Origin: an uncultured virus (IMG/VR IMGVR_UViG_3300018080_000168)
Lineage: Duplodnaviria; Heunggongvirae; Uroviricota; Caudoviricetes
Reading direction: 5' to 3' (one strand)
IMG/VR virus record: IMGVR_UViG_3300018080_000168
Length of the DNA stretch: 64,000 bases
In this document: in pieces, positions 19,730 through 29,445 of the stretch
Numbering within the stretch: position 1 is the stretch's first letter
How the letters are laid out: each line of letters starts with the position of its first letter
Notes under the pieces: model-generated
Told to the model about the DNA's origin: nothing
The model's input: the letters and a program-made list of their open reading frames with translations, nothing else
The model's database searches: none
Position numbers and translations under genes: made by a program

Positions 19730-20675
19730 TAGATTTTTGTATCAGCAAACTATCGAATCTAAAAAACCGCTTTAGATAGCATACCTACAGCTTAACATCG
19801 TCGTGGTGTTAAGGTAAAGTTACCTTCGGAAAGATGTGCCAGAAAAAGGCTTGCAAATAGGCTTAAAATAAAAAAATATTTTTTTGAACTCCTATTTCTT
19901 CTATTTTTACCAAAAGTATTTATACTACTTTTCATCAGGAGGGTCGGTTTACCCGACCCAGGAAAAAAATAGGGGAGGTAATCGAAAAAAATAAAAAAAA
20001 TTAGGAGGTAGTAAGTTGAGTGCAAAAAAATAAGGGGGGAGGAGATGTATTGATGAAATTTTTGAATTGCATTTTTCGCACCGCATAGTAATTGTTTTAC
20101 ATGTATATATTTTTTTCTATTCACAGATTGAACATAGCAATAACGTAATTAGTTCTTCTATTTATACAGATACCGTAGGAGGAGGGGTTACTATATAGAT
20201 AACATAGCAATAACAGTTCTTTTCTTGCATGTACATCTGCACGGCTTTGCACTTAAATTATCTGAAAATGGGCAATTTAAGGTCAATGATGGGTGGCTAC
20301 TAATATTTTATAAAATTTTGCCTTAATTTACTCTATCATTTTATATAGGAGAACTAAAGACAGGGAAACCATTAACATCCGAGTTCACCCTACTTGTTGA
20401 TTTAGGGTCAAAATTGAATTTCGGTGCAAAGCCATCTGCAACAAAACATTTATATATGAATTCACTAACTATTTACTAAAATGTAATTAAATCGTAAAAG
20501 ATTTCGCTTTGAAACATGCTCCAATGCAAAAACAACACATTTACTAAAAGATATATTTTAGTAAATCAGTAATGATGTTCGGCAATCGGCATTTTTCCTT
20601 CATTCGAAAAAATATACTGCAATGCAAGAATTGAAAGTGCAATCTTTCCTGCTAATACAAAATTCTCTTCAGAGT
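19730..20675. other. Long non-coding region between convergent gene blocks, with hairpins, direct repeats and G-rich tracts
   Basis: GGGTCGG/CCGACCC hairpin at 19941-19959; AACATAGCAATAAC at 20131 and 20201; TTTATATA at 20340 and 20449. Confidence 0.7.
20539..20566. repeat. Perfect 11-6-11 inverted repeat (dif-like geometry)
   Basis: ATTTACTAAAA-GATATA-TTTTAGTAAAT. Confidence 0.85.
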
Positions 20676-21128
20676 TCATTCTATCCTCACAATACCAGAT
20701 GCTTTGTCCCAGCCAATATGCTTTCCATGTTCAAGAACAATGCCTGCTTCAGTTCGCCAATTGTGTAATGTATATCTTTCTTGCAAAGGTGTCCCTTGCC
20801 CAAGATAGCCAATTATTCTTCTGATTTCTTTTTCACCAGTCTTCAATGCAACAGTATTAAACAGAGACAAAGGCACATCATTCGCATCTCGAACTCTGTC
20901 TATTGCCACCAATAGAGTGGTATCCCGCCATTTTTTCAGACGGGAGACATCAAAAGGATAATTCGTATTATCATTCGTGATGAATGTTTCACCATCGAAA
21001 TATCCAATCATTACTTTATCACCATGTATCCTGCTGACAAGTCTGACAGCCCATAGCTCTTTGGCATCTCTTTGAGGCAATTTTGCTGAAGACAATCCAA
21101 CAATCTCCATGTAACTCTCCAAGGTCAT
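20676..21128 (-). CDS. YopX-like paralogue 3
   Basis: ESYMEIVGL..VRDAND..YTLHNW shared with neighbours. Confidence 0.6.
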   Translation of the reverse strand: MTLESYMEIVGLSSAKLPQRDAKELWAVRLVSRIHGDKVMIGYFDGETFITNDNTNYPFDVSRLKKWRDTTLLVAIDRVRDANDVPLSLFNTVALKTGEKEIRRIIGYLGQGTPLQERYTLHNWRTEAGIVLEHGKHIGWDKASGIVRIE

Positions 21129-21577
21129 ATCAACACCACAAACATTGCATATTCCCAATTTCTTTCATTATTTTTTTCATCAATTGTTATGAGAGCTGCT
21201 TCCTCTTGCCAATTATCAAGAGTGTACTCTTCTCGAGGATTAGCATTGCCCCAAAAATCAGCAATTTTGAATATGTCGTCATCTTTGCCCTGATAATCTT
21301 TCAGCATTGCTCTATCACCAAGAAAAATTTTTCTCCCATTAGCATCTCGAACATTGCCTAAAAAAATCAAAGAATGCTGTGGAATGCGAATTAAATCCAC
21401 TTTCTGGTCTCTATTTTTTCGTTTATTTGTTATGAAATTATACTGTTCAAAATATCCAATATAGACTTCATCTGGTAATGCTCCACGGGAATATTTTGCT
21501 GCACATAGCAATCGCCTCGACACACTTTCAGCCTTTGCCAATCCGACAATTTCCATATAGTCTTCAATCTTCTTCAC
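21125..21577 (-). CDS. YopX-like paralogue 2
   Basis: EDYMEIVGL..VRDANGRKIFLGD..YTLDNW. Confidence 0.6.
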   Translation of the reverse strand: MKKIEDYMEIVGLAKAESVSRRLLCAAKYSRGALPDEVYIGYFEQYNFITNKRKNRDQKVDLIRIPQHSLIFLGNVRDANGRKIFLGDRAMLKDYQGKDDDIFKIADFWGNANPREEYTLDNWQEEAALITIDEKNNERNWEYAMFVVLI

Positions 21578-22587
21578 TTATTCACCACAACATGCTCTGC
21601 TTTTACATTTATAAGTTCTTTTTCTGTCCTGATGTAAACAGCACATCCTTTCCAAGAGTCTAAATTAAATGAATTTCCACCCCATCCTGCTCCTTGAACT
21701 CCAAGTAACACTCCCACTCCCTTCAAATTCAGTCCACTATCGAATTTAACAGTATCACCTATCGAAAAGTCTTTCACTCTTCCAAGAAATTTCTGAACCT
21801 CCATGTCTTGCCAAACAATTTCTTTTTCATTCATCAATTGGTTATTGGATTGAAATTTGCCTTTTCTTATCGCACCAACAAATATTCCTTCTGGTGTTTC
21901 AGCTCCCCAAATCTCACCTTCCATGTCTCCAAAGAGAAGTTTCTCTTCTGGTGTCAAAGCAACTTTATTCTCTTCTACTCTCAAACCAACAATATCCATA
22001 TAATCCTTCATTTTTTTGGGTCGTCTTTTATCCAATATCTTTTCTTTTTTCGCTTCTCTTTTTTCTTCTTTTTTCGCTTTTCCTTTTAAAGCTCCTTCTC
22101 TCCAATTCTGCAAAGATTGAATGTAGTCAAAAAATATTTTTTTTATTGTTTCATTTCCTGCATACGGAGCCATTTCATCGCTATTAGGAACTATGTAAAA
22201 GAGTTCGCTCATACTTACATCCTGAAAACCCTCATCACTGCATTTGTCCTTGGACTCATAAACAATATAATCATTGAAATTAGCAACTTCTCTCCATGGA
22301 TTATCAGGTGAATTAACACCAACCATCACCTTTTGTTTGTATAATGGAGTTCCCTGTTGGCATCCTGGAGGCGGAGAAGCAACATGTACACCTCTTTCAA
22401 CATCGTAGATTTCATATACATGAACCCAAGTATAATACTTGTAGAACTTCTTTCTACGAAATGTGTATTCTTTGATAGCATTTCTCTTTTTCACCCTGCC
22501 AAGCATAATAAATGAATGAGGAGAATTAATTGGGTAATTCTCTGCATTAAATTCTTTCGGCATTTTTAACACCACTTGACTAATCAA
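21574..22587 (-). CDS. Hypothetical protein whose C-terminal domain is paralogous to the two downstream genes
   Basis: KDYMDIVGL..FSIGD..FNLDSW. Confidence 0.6.
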   Translation of the reverse strand: MISQVVLKMPKEFNAENYPINSPHSFIMLGRVKKRNAIKEYTFRRKKFYKYYTWVHVYEIYDVERGVHVASPPPGCQQGTPLYKQKVMVGVNSPDNPWREVANFNDYIVYESKDKCSDEGFQDVSMSELFYIVPNSDEMAPYAGNETIKKIFFDYIQSLQNWREGALKGKAKKEEKREAKKEKILDKRRPKKMKDYMDIVGLRVEENKVALTPEEKLLFGDMEGEIWGAETPEGIFVGAIRKGKFQSNNQLMNEKEIVWQDMEVQKFLGRVKDFSIGDTVKFDSGLNLKGVGVLLGVQGAGWGGNSFNLDSWKGCAVYIRTEKELINVKAEHVVVNK

Positions 22588-22739
22588 CTTCCTTGCATTT
22601 AAGTTTTTTCTTTTGTCTTCTCAAATACTGTACATGCAATTTATCTGGGTGTTCATCGTTCCACTTGTCTGTAAGAGGGAACTTTGGAACCTTTATAGAC
22701 TTTTTCTTATGTCCAAAATTCCATCCTCTTGTAATGCCA

Positions 22740-23000
22740 TTAGCCATTTCTCTCTCCAAATTTCTCAATATAACATTCGTCGCAATAGTATTTGCCAGTA
22801 GTTGGTTCAGGCTCTCCAAATCCAATTTTCTTGCCACAGAAATCGCATTTCCATTGGCTCTCCAACCATTTTGTAAGATTGTCCTGTCTTTCATCTTGTA
22901 CACCTTCATATCCTGCCAACATTGCATCAACAATATCTTCAACTGCATTGTAATGTTTGTCTTTGAGATATGAAATTTTCTGCTCCAGTGTCATGCCCAT
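22740..23000 (-). CDS. Zn-finger protein
   Basis: CDFC...YCDEC. Confidence 0.6.
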   Translation of the reverse strand: MGMTLEQKISYLKDKHYNAVEDIVDAMLAGYEGVQDERQDNLTKWLESQWKCDFCGKKIGFGEPEPTTGKYYCDECYIEKFGERNG

Positions 23001-23004
23001 ACAA

Positions 23005-23364
23005 TCACTTCCCAACAAAATCATCATTAATGTCGTCTGGACTGCCCTTAAATGAAACTATTGGAGTTTCGCCTTTGTCTTTGAGCATCTTTTCCAATTC
23101 CTTAATTGACATAAATGAATATTCCTCGTCTCCTGCCCACTGAACAAACATGAATACACTATGAATTTGTTTGCCATAATCCTTTTCAATGAGGTGTTTG
23201 TTTGTTGCAGAAATAATATGTCCAAAGATATCTGCTAACTGCTTTGCAAGTGAATCATCAGATTCTGTTGCTGGAGTAGAATATCGATGTATCAACTCGA
23301 ATTCACCTGCTGCAAAATTGTCTGTATCAATTTCTCGACCATTTGAGAATTTGATTTTAACCAT
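23005..23364 (-). CDS. Hypothetical protein
   Basis: 119-aa ORF with GGAGGTGG RBS. Confidence 0.6.
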   Translation of the reverse strand: MVKIKFSNGREIDTDNFAAGEFELIHRYSTPATESDDSLAKQLADIFGHIISATNKHLIEKDYGKQIHSVFMFVQWAGDEEYSFMSIKELEKMLKDKGETPIVSFKGSPDDINDDFVGK

Positions 23365-23539
23365 TAGTCCACCTCCTTCAATTCGTCTTTCAATTCCACA
23401 AAAAAGTCTTTTAGAGCTTCTTCTACCATCTTAACAGTTTCAAGCATTAATGGATTTAATATTTGCTGCAATTCATCCCCAGCTTCTTGTGAGATGCTCC
23501 ATTTTTTACTCCACTCTTTATATTTTTCTTGTATGTCGC

Positions 23540-24466
23540 TCATTCCGATTCCTCCTTTGGTGCTTCTGGAGCTGGTATCTTCGGTGTTTCCCTCTCTCTC
23601 AATATCCTATAAATAGATGGATACAAATTCCTCAAGACTTCCACTTCTCTCCAATCATACAAAGACATAGCCCACATGACAAAATCTTGTAGAGAATACC
23701 AAATTGAAACATCAGTAAGTGGTGTCAACTTTGGACCATCATTCTTCCCCCATTCAGCCTTTATATTGAATGCAGAAGCATTATTCCATGCTTCAATCTC
23801 TCTCTTCCTCATCCCGAGTTCTTTTGCCAATTTGCTCAAAAATATCTCCGTTGCTGGTAACTCGTCAAGGAATGCAATAGTTTCAAGACGTTCATCACAG
23901 CCCTCTTTAACTTTTTTCAATTCGCTGTAGATTCTCTTGGTTATCATATCGTTGCTCCAGTAATGTCTGATATTGTTTCTCCAAGAACCACCAATACCAA
24001 GAAATAACCCAGCATTGTTTGGAAGCATTAGAAATCCATCAATATGTATTCCGAGAGACATATCATAGGAGTTGGTGATTGTTACACCAAGCTTCACTTT
24101 ATGTCCTGCAATAACTCTTTCCTCAACACCATATACTTTTACCATTCTCCATGGAGCATTAGGATACTTCCTTGTCAGTAGTTCAGGATTTCCCTCTATT
24201 CTCCAAATTTCTTTTACAGCCTCAAGGAAAATACTCTCTATTGTCTGATGTGGAATAGGACGATAATGCCTTGAACAAGTAACTGTTGGCCAACCATTGG
24301 CTACAACAAGCCTTTCTGGACTTGCTCCAATCTCATCAAGCCAATATTCAGCACCTTCAACATCGGTGATTACATACTTTGTAACCTTGGTGTTTGCCTC
24401 TGTCCATTTGGGACAGATTGCTGCTATGTCTTTTAACTCTAAAACATCAATTTTTTCATTTTCCAT
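23540..24466 (-). CDS. DUF932-like protein
   Basis: SRHYRPIPH and ITNSYDMS motifs (cf. NSHDGS). Confidence 0.5.
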   Translation of the reverse strand: MENEKIDVLELKDIAAICPKWTEANTKVTKYVITDVEGAEYWLDEIGASPERLVVANGWPTVTCSRHYRPIPHQTIESIFLEAVKEIWRIEGNPELLTRKYPNAPWRMVKVYGVEERVIAGHKVKLGVTITNSYDMSLGIHIDGFLMLPNNAGLFLGIGGSWRNNIRHYWSNDMITKRIYSELKKVKEGCDERLETIAFLDELPATEIFLSKLAKELGMRKREIEAWNNASAFNIKAEWGKNDGPKLTPLTDVSIWYSLQDFVMWAMSLYDWREVEVLRNLYPSIYRILRERETPKIPAPEAPKEESE

Positions 24467-24480
24467 TTTGCACACTCTCC

Positions 24481-24540
24481 TGGAACTCATTGAGATTAGT
24501 TCCAATAGGTATATTGTTTACAAAGTATATAAAGTTTTTC
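24481..24540 (-). promoter_or_regulatory. Archaeal BRE/TATA promoter with a downstream inverted repeat
   Basis: Minus strand GAAAAAC-TTTATATA (TATA 24526-24533); TGGAACT/AGTTCCA at 24481-24504. Confidence 0.65.
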
Positions 24541-24549
24541 TATATTGGA

Positions 24550-24849
24550 CTATTTCTTATGGTTTCTTATAGCAAACATTGCACCAGGTTCCCAATCTTC
24601 TTCTTTCAGCTCTATAATGCTGCCACAATTTTTACATTTTGTCCATCCTTTGCTCACTGTTGGCAATGAAAAATCTGGTTCATGCTTTTTGCAATAACTC
24701 TTTCTGTTCTTTTTTAGCTGCGAATATATCCTCTTTTCACTTTTCTTCAAGCACTTTTGCCTATGATTTAAACTTTTTTCAGGCTCTCCACATGTTGGAC
24801 ATGTGTCTTTGTCCAAAAAATCTGCAAACCATTTCTTCAAAGACTTCAT
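24550..24849 (-). CDS. Zn-finger protein
   Basis: CPTC, CKKH, CKNC. Confidence 0.6.
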   Translation of the reverse strand: MKSLKKWFADFLDKDTCPTCGEPEKSLNHRQKCLKKSEKRIYSQLKKNRKSYCKKHEPDFSLPTVSKGWTKCKNCGSIIELKEEDWEPGAMFAIRNHKK

Positions 24850-25160
24850 ACTATCTTCCTCGGTCTAAAAATTACTTGGTCTTTCCTAATCATCTCACCA
24901 AACCATTTACAAGTAGCATAAGAGTTTCCTGTATGTGGGTCCAAGCCATCCTTTCCTTCAAGAACATCTCCATCGCTTACTTTTGCAGCTGGAATGAAAT
25001 CTGGACAAGCAGCACACTGCTCTACAGTAACTGGACCTTTCTTTCTGCACAAAACCCCAACAATATCGTTGTAATACGGATTTGGAGCAAAACCATGTGT
25101 TATATCAACTTTGCTTTGATAATCTTTCTTTGGTCTCTCAAATTTAGGCATCTTTGACAT
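24846..25160 (-). CDS. Cys-rich hypothetical protein
   Basis: C..CAAC..C; overlapping start/stop codons. Confidence 0.5.
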   Translation of the reverse strand: MSKMPKFERPKKDYQSKVDITHGFAPNPYYNDIVGVLCRKKGPVTVEQCAACPDFIPAAKVSDGDVLEGKDGLDPHTGNSYATCKWFGEMIRKDQVIFRPRKIV

Positions 25161-25509
25161 TTACTTCCTCCACAATTTCAGTTACCATGTCCAGCATCTC
25201 CAAAGTTTCCTGTATTGGTCTATTGCCAATTTCAGAAATGATGTTCCAAAATAAAGCCTTTTCGTTTCTATCTTTGGCATTGTAATCACAGCAAACTTTG
25301 ATGTCTGTCATTGGACAATCTTTACATGCATAAAGATGGCAAAAAGCACATGGACGTGAGTTCCAAGTTCCAGATTTTTCAATTTCAACTCTCATTAATC
25401 TCAGCTTTACTATTGTCCATTGTTTCGCCATTTCGAAATCTTTTATGTCTGGTAATATGCCATTGGCTTTGTAATTGTTGATTTCTTCAATCTTTATTTT
25501 CTCACTCAT
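25144..25509 (-). CDS. Cys-rich hypothetical protein
   Basis: CAFCHLYACKDCP..CC. Confidence 0.55.
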   Translation of the reverse strand: MSEKIKIEEINNYKANGILPDIKDFEMAKQWTIVKLRLMRVEIEKSGTWNSRPCAFCHLYACKDCPMTDIKVCCDYNAKDRNEKALFWNIISEIGNRPIQETLEMLDMVTEIVEEVNVKDA

Positions 25510-26255
25510 CTTATCAAATCCTTTCTCATTTCATAATATTTCAACAACTTTTCAAACTCCAAAGAACCCATCTGCCTCATCTTTTCAACTCTTTCTTTAT
25601 CTTTTTTCAGGTCTTGAATACTCAATTGAAGATATCTGGCTGTAGTAGTCAAAGAAGAATGACCAAGGTTCATTTGCAATGCTCTTATGTTACCGCCATT
25701 GTTCAAATAATCTACTGCAAATCCATGTCTAAACATGTGCGGATGGACCTTTTTTTCAACACCAGCATCTCTTGCATATTTAGTACACAAATATCGTACT
25801 TGATGGGGTGTAATTCCTGTTTTGTTACTTTTAGTGATTAATTGCCCAGATTTTCTTTGCTCTATTGTAACAAAAATTTTCAGTAAGTCAAGTAATTCAT
25901 TGTCTAATGGCACAGCTCTTTGTTTGCTTCCCTTTCCTATGATTAGCAATATTCTGGCTTCCCAATCAATATCTTCTATTTGAACCCCAGGGATTTCCAT
26001 TTTTTTCCATTTATAAGTATCTTCTCCTTTTATTATTTCTGGAGTTTCTTCATCTGGAATACAATTTTTCGGAATTTCTTTTACAGATATTCTTGCTCCA
26101 TTTTTCGTAATGTATTCTTCTGTTTCTCCAACTACTTCACCAACACGTAAACCATTATGTGCCATAAGCATGAATATAATCCTATCCCTCATATTCTCTG
26201 TGGGAATAGCCTTAATGATTTGGCTCATTTCATCATGTGTCAAATACTTCATCAT
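25506..26255 (-). CDS. Tyrosine recombinase (Xer-like catalytic domain)
   Basis: GLRVGEV, GKGSKQR, HPHMFRHGFA, LGHSSLTTTARY: full R-K-H-R-H-Y set. Confidence 0.92.
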   Translation of the reverse strand: MMKYLTHDEMSQIIKAIPTENMRDRIIFMLMAHNGLRVGEVVGETEEYITKNGARISVKEIPKNCIPDEETPEIIKGEDTYKWKKMEIPGVQIEDIDWEARILLIIGKGSKQRAVPLDNELLDLLKIFVTIEQRKSGQLITKSNKTGITPHQVRYLCTKYARDAGVEKKVHPHMFRHGFAVDYLNNGGNIRALQMNLGHSSLTTTARYLQLSIQDLKKDKERVEKMRQMGSLEFEKLLKYYEMRKDLIR

Positions 26256-26499
26256 TTTTTCCCTCCTTCATTCTTTTATGCAATTCCTGCAATGCCAGGC
26301 ATCCCAAAGCAATGCCTCCTGCAATCATTGCAGCCCTAAAAAATTTCAATTCCTTTGGATTTGCTGCAAGTCTTTTCTTTTCTTCTTCATCAAGAAAATG
26401 AAGATATTCCCAATCTATTTCTTCATAATTTTCATCACTCAACTTCTGCACCGCCATTGTATGACTGACATCGCTCACAATAAAATAGTAAGTCATCAT
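26233..26499 (-). CDS. Hypothetical protein
   Basis: 88-aa ORF in a tight operon. Confidence 0.5.
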   Translation of the reverse strand: MMTYYFIVSDVSHTMAVQKLSDENYEEIDWEYLHFLDEEEKKRLAANPKELKFFRAAMIAGGIALGCLALQELHKRMKEGKNDEVFDT

Positions 26500-26698
26500 T
26501 CTGTCTTTCGATTACGAATCTTTTCCCTGGACACCCTCTTCTTTTGCAAGTAGCAATATTTTTGCTCTCTATTGGATTTCTCAAACTGCAAATATGACAA
26601 ACTTCGGATAATGTAGCATGGACTTTTCCACATTCACAAATCCAATAATCTGGTACGAATCCAGATTGATTAGCCAGTCTTATTCTTTTGCCATACAT
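26435..26698 (-). CDS. Double Zn-ribbon protein
   Basis: CECG..CHIC..C..C..CERC. Confidence 0.55.
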   Translation of the reverse strand: MYGKRIRLANQSGFVPDYWICECGKVHATLSEVCHICSLRNPIESKNIATCKRRGCPGKRFVIERQNDDLLFYCERCQSYNGGAEVE

Positions 26699-26702
26699 CT
26701 TC

Positions 26703-27053
26703 TCACTTCGGTAAATATTTTCCAGCCTTTGTCAATGTATTCAGTGCTCCAATGACTTCTTTCGGTTTGATGTTGAAAATATCTTCTTCTTCATCTTTCT
26801 TTTTAGCTGTTTCCTTTTTCGGACTTTTCGAATATGGCATAATTGTTATTTTAAGCCCACATGCCCAACAAACAAAATTCACCTTCTTGTTTTTGCGTAA
26901 GGCACCTTTCAGAGACATATTAGCATTTCTTGGAATGCCACAATGTGGACACCAAATGTCTTTAGGAACTTCAGTTCTCACTTTCGACTTCCTTGGTGCT
27001 TTCGGGTTTGGATTCAGATTCCTCGCCTTCGGCCTTTTCTGTACTTTCTTCAT
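26703..27053 (-). CDS. Basic Zn-ribbon protein
   Basis: CPHC...CWAC. Confidence 0.55.
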   Translation of the reverse strand: MKKVQKRPKARNLNPNPKAPRKSKVRTEVPKDIWCPHCGIPRNANMSLKGALRKNKKVNFVCWACGLKITIMPYSKSPKKETAKKKDEEEDIFNIKPKEVIGALNTLTKAGKYLPK

Positions 27054-27378
27054 TAGATTCCTCCAAAATAGGTTTGAATTCAGGAGTTTCTCCCCAATTC
27101 CTCAACATTTCATCGTCTTTTTCGATTTCATCATATAGTTCTTCATATGCGTCAAAGTCTATACCGAAATCATCTGTTCCAGCTGTAATCATCATTGAAA
27201 GCACATCCATCGGTGAAAGTGCCATCCTTCTGAAACTTTCTAATAGCATTTCATTTCCAAATCCGACATGCTTTAAGTCTCCAAGAAGTTTGTAATTTGT
27301 TCTTGCACATTTAATGCACAAAACTCCAAGCAAGTTCATGGTTTCATCTATGTCTTTCTTTGTTTGTTCATCAAGCAT
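26971..27378 (-). CDS. Acidic hypothetical protein
   Basis: ORF in operon; E-rich tail. Confidence 0.5.
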   Translation of the reverse strand: MLDEQTKKDIDETMNLLGVLCIKCARTNYKLLGDLKHVGFGNEMLLESFRRMALSPMDVLSMMITAGTDDFGIDFDAYEELYDEIEKDDEMLRNWGETPEFKPILEESNEESTEKAEGEESESKPESTKEVESEN

Positions 27379-28663
27379 TTTCTTCACAGCTCCCAAATAA
27401 TTCTTCAAATGTTATGTGTCTTGGACAACTCAGCTTTTCAGCCTCATCAAAAACTAATTTTTCAGTAAATTTTCCAACTACTTGTCCTCTCACTCTGACA
27501 TCTCCATTTTCACTGATATAAAATACACCACCAACTCCTCCTCTTGCATTTTCAAGAATTGCTTGTAAATTAAGTGGTGTATGTGAGCAATAAAGCCTAC
27601 CATGACCTTTTTTGACAAATACATTACCCTTATAATCTTGAGAATACTTTTTTCCCCAACTTTCATATTTTTTGTTGGCTAATTTCATATCTGACGTACC
27701 AGATGCTAACAAAATGTATATTTTAGCAATTTTTCCTGGAAAGGCTCTAATAATTCTGCCTATTGTTTGAACATGGTTTCGTTGTGATAGAGGTGTAGAA
27801 GCCACAATACCAAGTGTTGTTGTTGGGTCGTTAAATCCCTCCTTAATCATTTTACTGGTTACCAAAACACGTGTTTCATGGTCTAAATATGATTTTAGAG
27901 TATCAAATTCAGAGGTGTAAATTGAACAGCCAATGCCTTCAGCAAATAATTTAGCCATTATTTTATTGATTTGGTCTAATCTTTCAGAGAAAATAATTAT
28001 TCTATCATTTGGATTCTCTTTTACCAACTCAACAGTCTTGTCAATCCTTTGAGGCAAATTGTACACAAAACTTCTTCGCCTCATTATTATTTGCATATAT
28101 TGGTCATGCCTAATTTCTCGTTCTTCAAGTGCTCTTATTGCATTTTTCACACTTCTTGTAAGCATTTCATGAGCTGCAATCTGTCTTTTTTCCATATTGA
28201 ATACTATATACTCTACATTAAAGGGTGCAACATTGGCTTCTTCCCAATCAACCTCAAGAAAAATTTTTCCGATTAATTCATACGACTTCTCTGGAGTTGC
28301 AGAAAGTCCCAAAACCCATTTACACTTGATATTAAGTGCTTTTTGGCGAACAGGTGATAAAAGACTATGACATTCATCAAAAATAATCAAATCATATTCT
28401 GCATCCTGCTTTGATGCCCAAAAGTATGTTTTGATATCAATCGAAGTTTCTTTAAATAATTCTTTCCATTGGCTTATTATTTGTTTTGTTGGACAAACGA
28501 TGAGTATCTTTGCATCAGGATTTTCTTTCCAAATATAATCAATTACTTTAAATCCTGCTCTGGTTTTCCCTGCTCCTGGAACAGCTTTTATTATACCCTT
28601 TCGACCATTCTTTTCCCAAAGTTTTATCACTTTTTTCTGCCATTCATAGTCTTCATTCTCCAT
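27371..28663 (-). CDS. Superfamily 2 helicase (XPB/Rad25-like)
   Basis: PGAGKT, DECH, GLSAT, EGFN, QTIGRIIR. Confidence 0.9.
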   Translation of the reverse strand: MENEDYEWQKKVIKLWEKNGRKGIIKAVPGAGKTRAGFKVIDYIWKENPDAKILIVCPTKQIISQWKELFKETSIDIKTYFWASKQDAEYDLIIFDECHSLLSPVRQKALNIKCKWVLGLSATPEKSYELIGKIFLEVDWEEANVAPFNVEYIVFNMEKRQIAAHEMLTRSVKNAIRALEEREIRHDQYMQIIMRRRSFVYNLPQRIDKTVELVKENPNDRIIIFSERLDQINKIMAKLFAEGIGCSIYTSEFDTLKSYLDHETRVLVTSKMIKEGFNDPTTTLGIVASTPLSQRNHVQTIGRIIRAFPGKIAKIYILLASGTSDMKLANKKYESWGKKYSQDYKGNVFVKKGHGRLYCSHTPLNLQAILENARGGVGGVFYISENGDVRVRGQVVGKFTEKLVFDEAEKLSCPRHITFEELFGSCEENA

Positions 28664-28680
28664 TTTTCAGCCTCCAAATA

Positions 28681-28706
28681 AAGAAAGAGAGCCACACTCG
28701 TGGCTC
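28681..28706 (-). terminator. Stem-loop followed by a T-rich tract on the minus strand
   Basis: GAGCCAC-ACTC-GTGGCTC at 28689-28706. Confidence 0.55.
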
Positions 28707-28707
28707 A

Positions 28708-28821
28708 TTAGTCGTCATCATTAGTTATGTCCTCAATAGATGTATCTCCATTACCACGTACAACTGTTTCAGTTACTTCCCTATCGATGTCATCGAAGCT
28801 CTTTCTTTTGTCCATTTTCAT
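28708..28821 (-). CDS. 37-aa acidic peptide (not in the ORF track)
   Basis: MKMDKRKSFDDIDREVTETVVRGNGDTSIEDITNDDD; AGGAG RBS; hairpin downstream. Confidence 0.5.
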   Translation of the reverse strand: MKMDKRKSFDDIDREVTETVVRGNGDTSIEDITNDDD

Positions 28822-28877
28822 TTCTCCTGTAACAATTTACTTTTTTGTTACACTTAAGTAAATGATGATACTTATAT

Positions 28878-29096
28878 TTAAACTGTTTGTTCATTCTTAT
28901 GTGGAGTATTGACATATCCGCATCTTTTGCATTTCTTTCTGTACACCCATCTTCCTGATGGATATTGCTTCACACCCATAATCCAATACTTCTTTTTGTT
29001 TTTCATAGTCTTTCCACAGCCTTTGCATTTTTTGCTTGAAGAAATTTGCATTGCTGCATGGAAAAGTTTTCCTGGCTTTCGTTTCATTCCTCGCAC
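28878..29096 (-). CDS. Basic Zn-ribbon protein
   Basis: CKGC...CKRC. Confidence 0.55.
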   Translation of the reverse strand: MRGMKRKPGKLFHAAMQISSSKKCKGCGKTMKNKKKYWIMGVKQYPSGRWVYRKKCKRCGYVNTPHKNEQTV

Positions 29097-29326
29097 TCTC
29101 CTTCTTGCAGTATTTTTTCTTTTATCTCACGGTGCTTTTTACGGTGTTCCTCTAAATTTCTATGTAAAGTTTCTATTATTTCTTCGCAACGTTGTTCTGC
29201 ATATTGTCTATTTGAATGTTCATTAAGAATTTTTAATTGACCCATTGCCCACGAATAAACATTCACTTCTTTTGAAAGCCTGTCCACTGCATTTTGTAAT
29301 ATTTTTTCTCGCCAAGTTTCGTTCAT
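29084..29326 (-). CDS. Hypothetical helical protein
   Basis: 80-aa ORF in operon. Confidence 0.5.
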   Translation of the reverse strand: MNETWREKILQNAVDRLSKEVNVYSWAMGQLKILNEHSNRQYAEQRCEEIIETLHRNLEEHRKKHREIKEKILQEGECEE

Positions 29327-29445
29327 TCCTCACACTCTCCTTCATTACATACAAAGCAATCTCTTATCGGAATGTATGATTTGCTACAATGTATTTCATC
29401 AATATAATGTTTACATCTTTGTCCAATTGGTTTAACTTTGTTCAT

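Noticed and set aside
19792..20124. 110-aa minus-strand ORF
   Set aside because: Low-complexity translation of A/T tracts in the non-coding region, with no clear RBS
23516..23528. TATA-like TTTATATT sequence
   Set aside because: Lies inside a small minus-strand ORF (about 23364-23543, MSDIQEKYKEW...)
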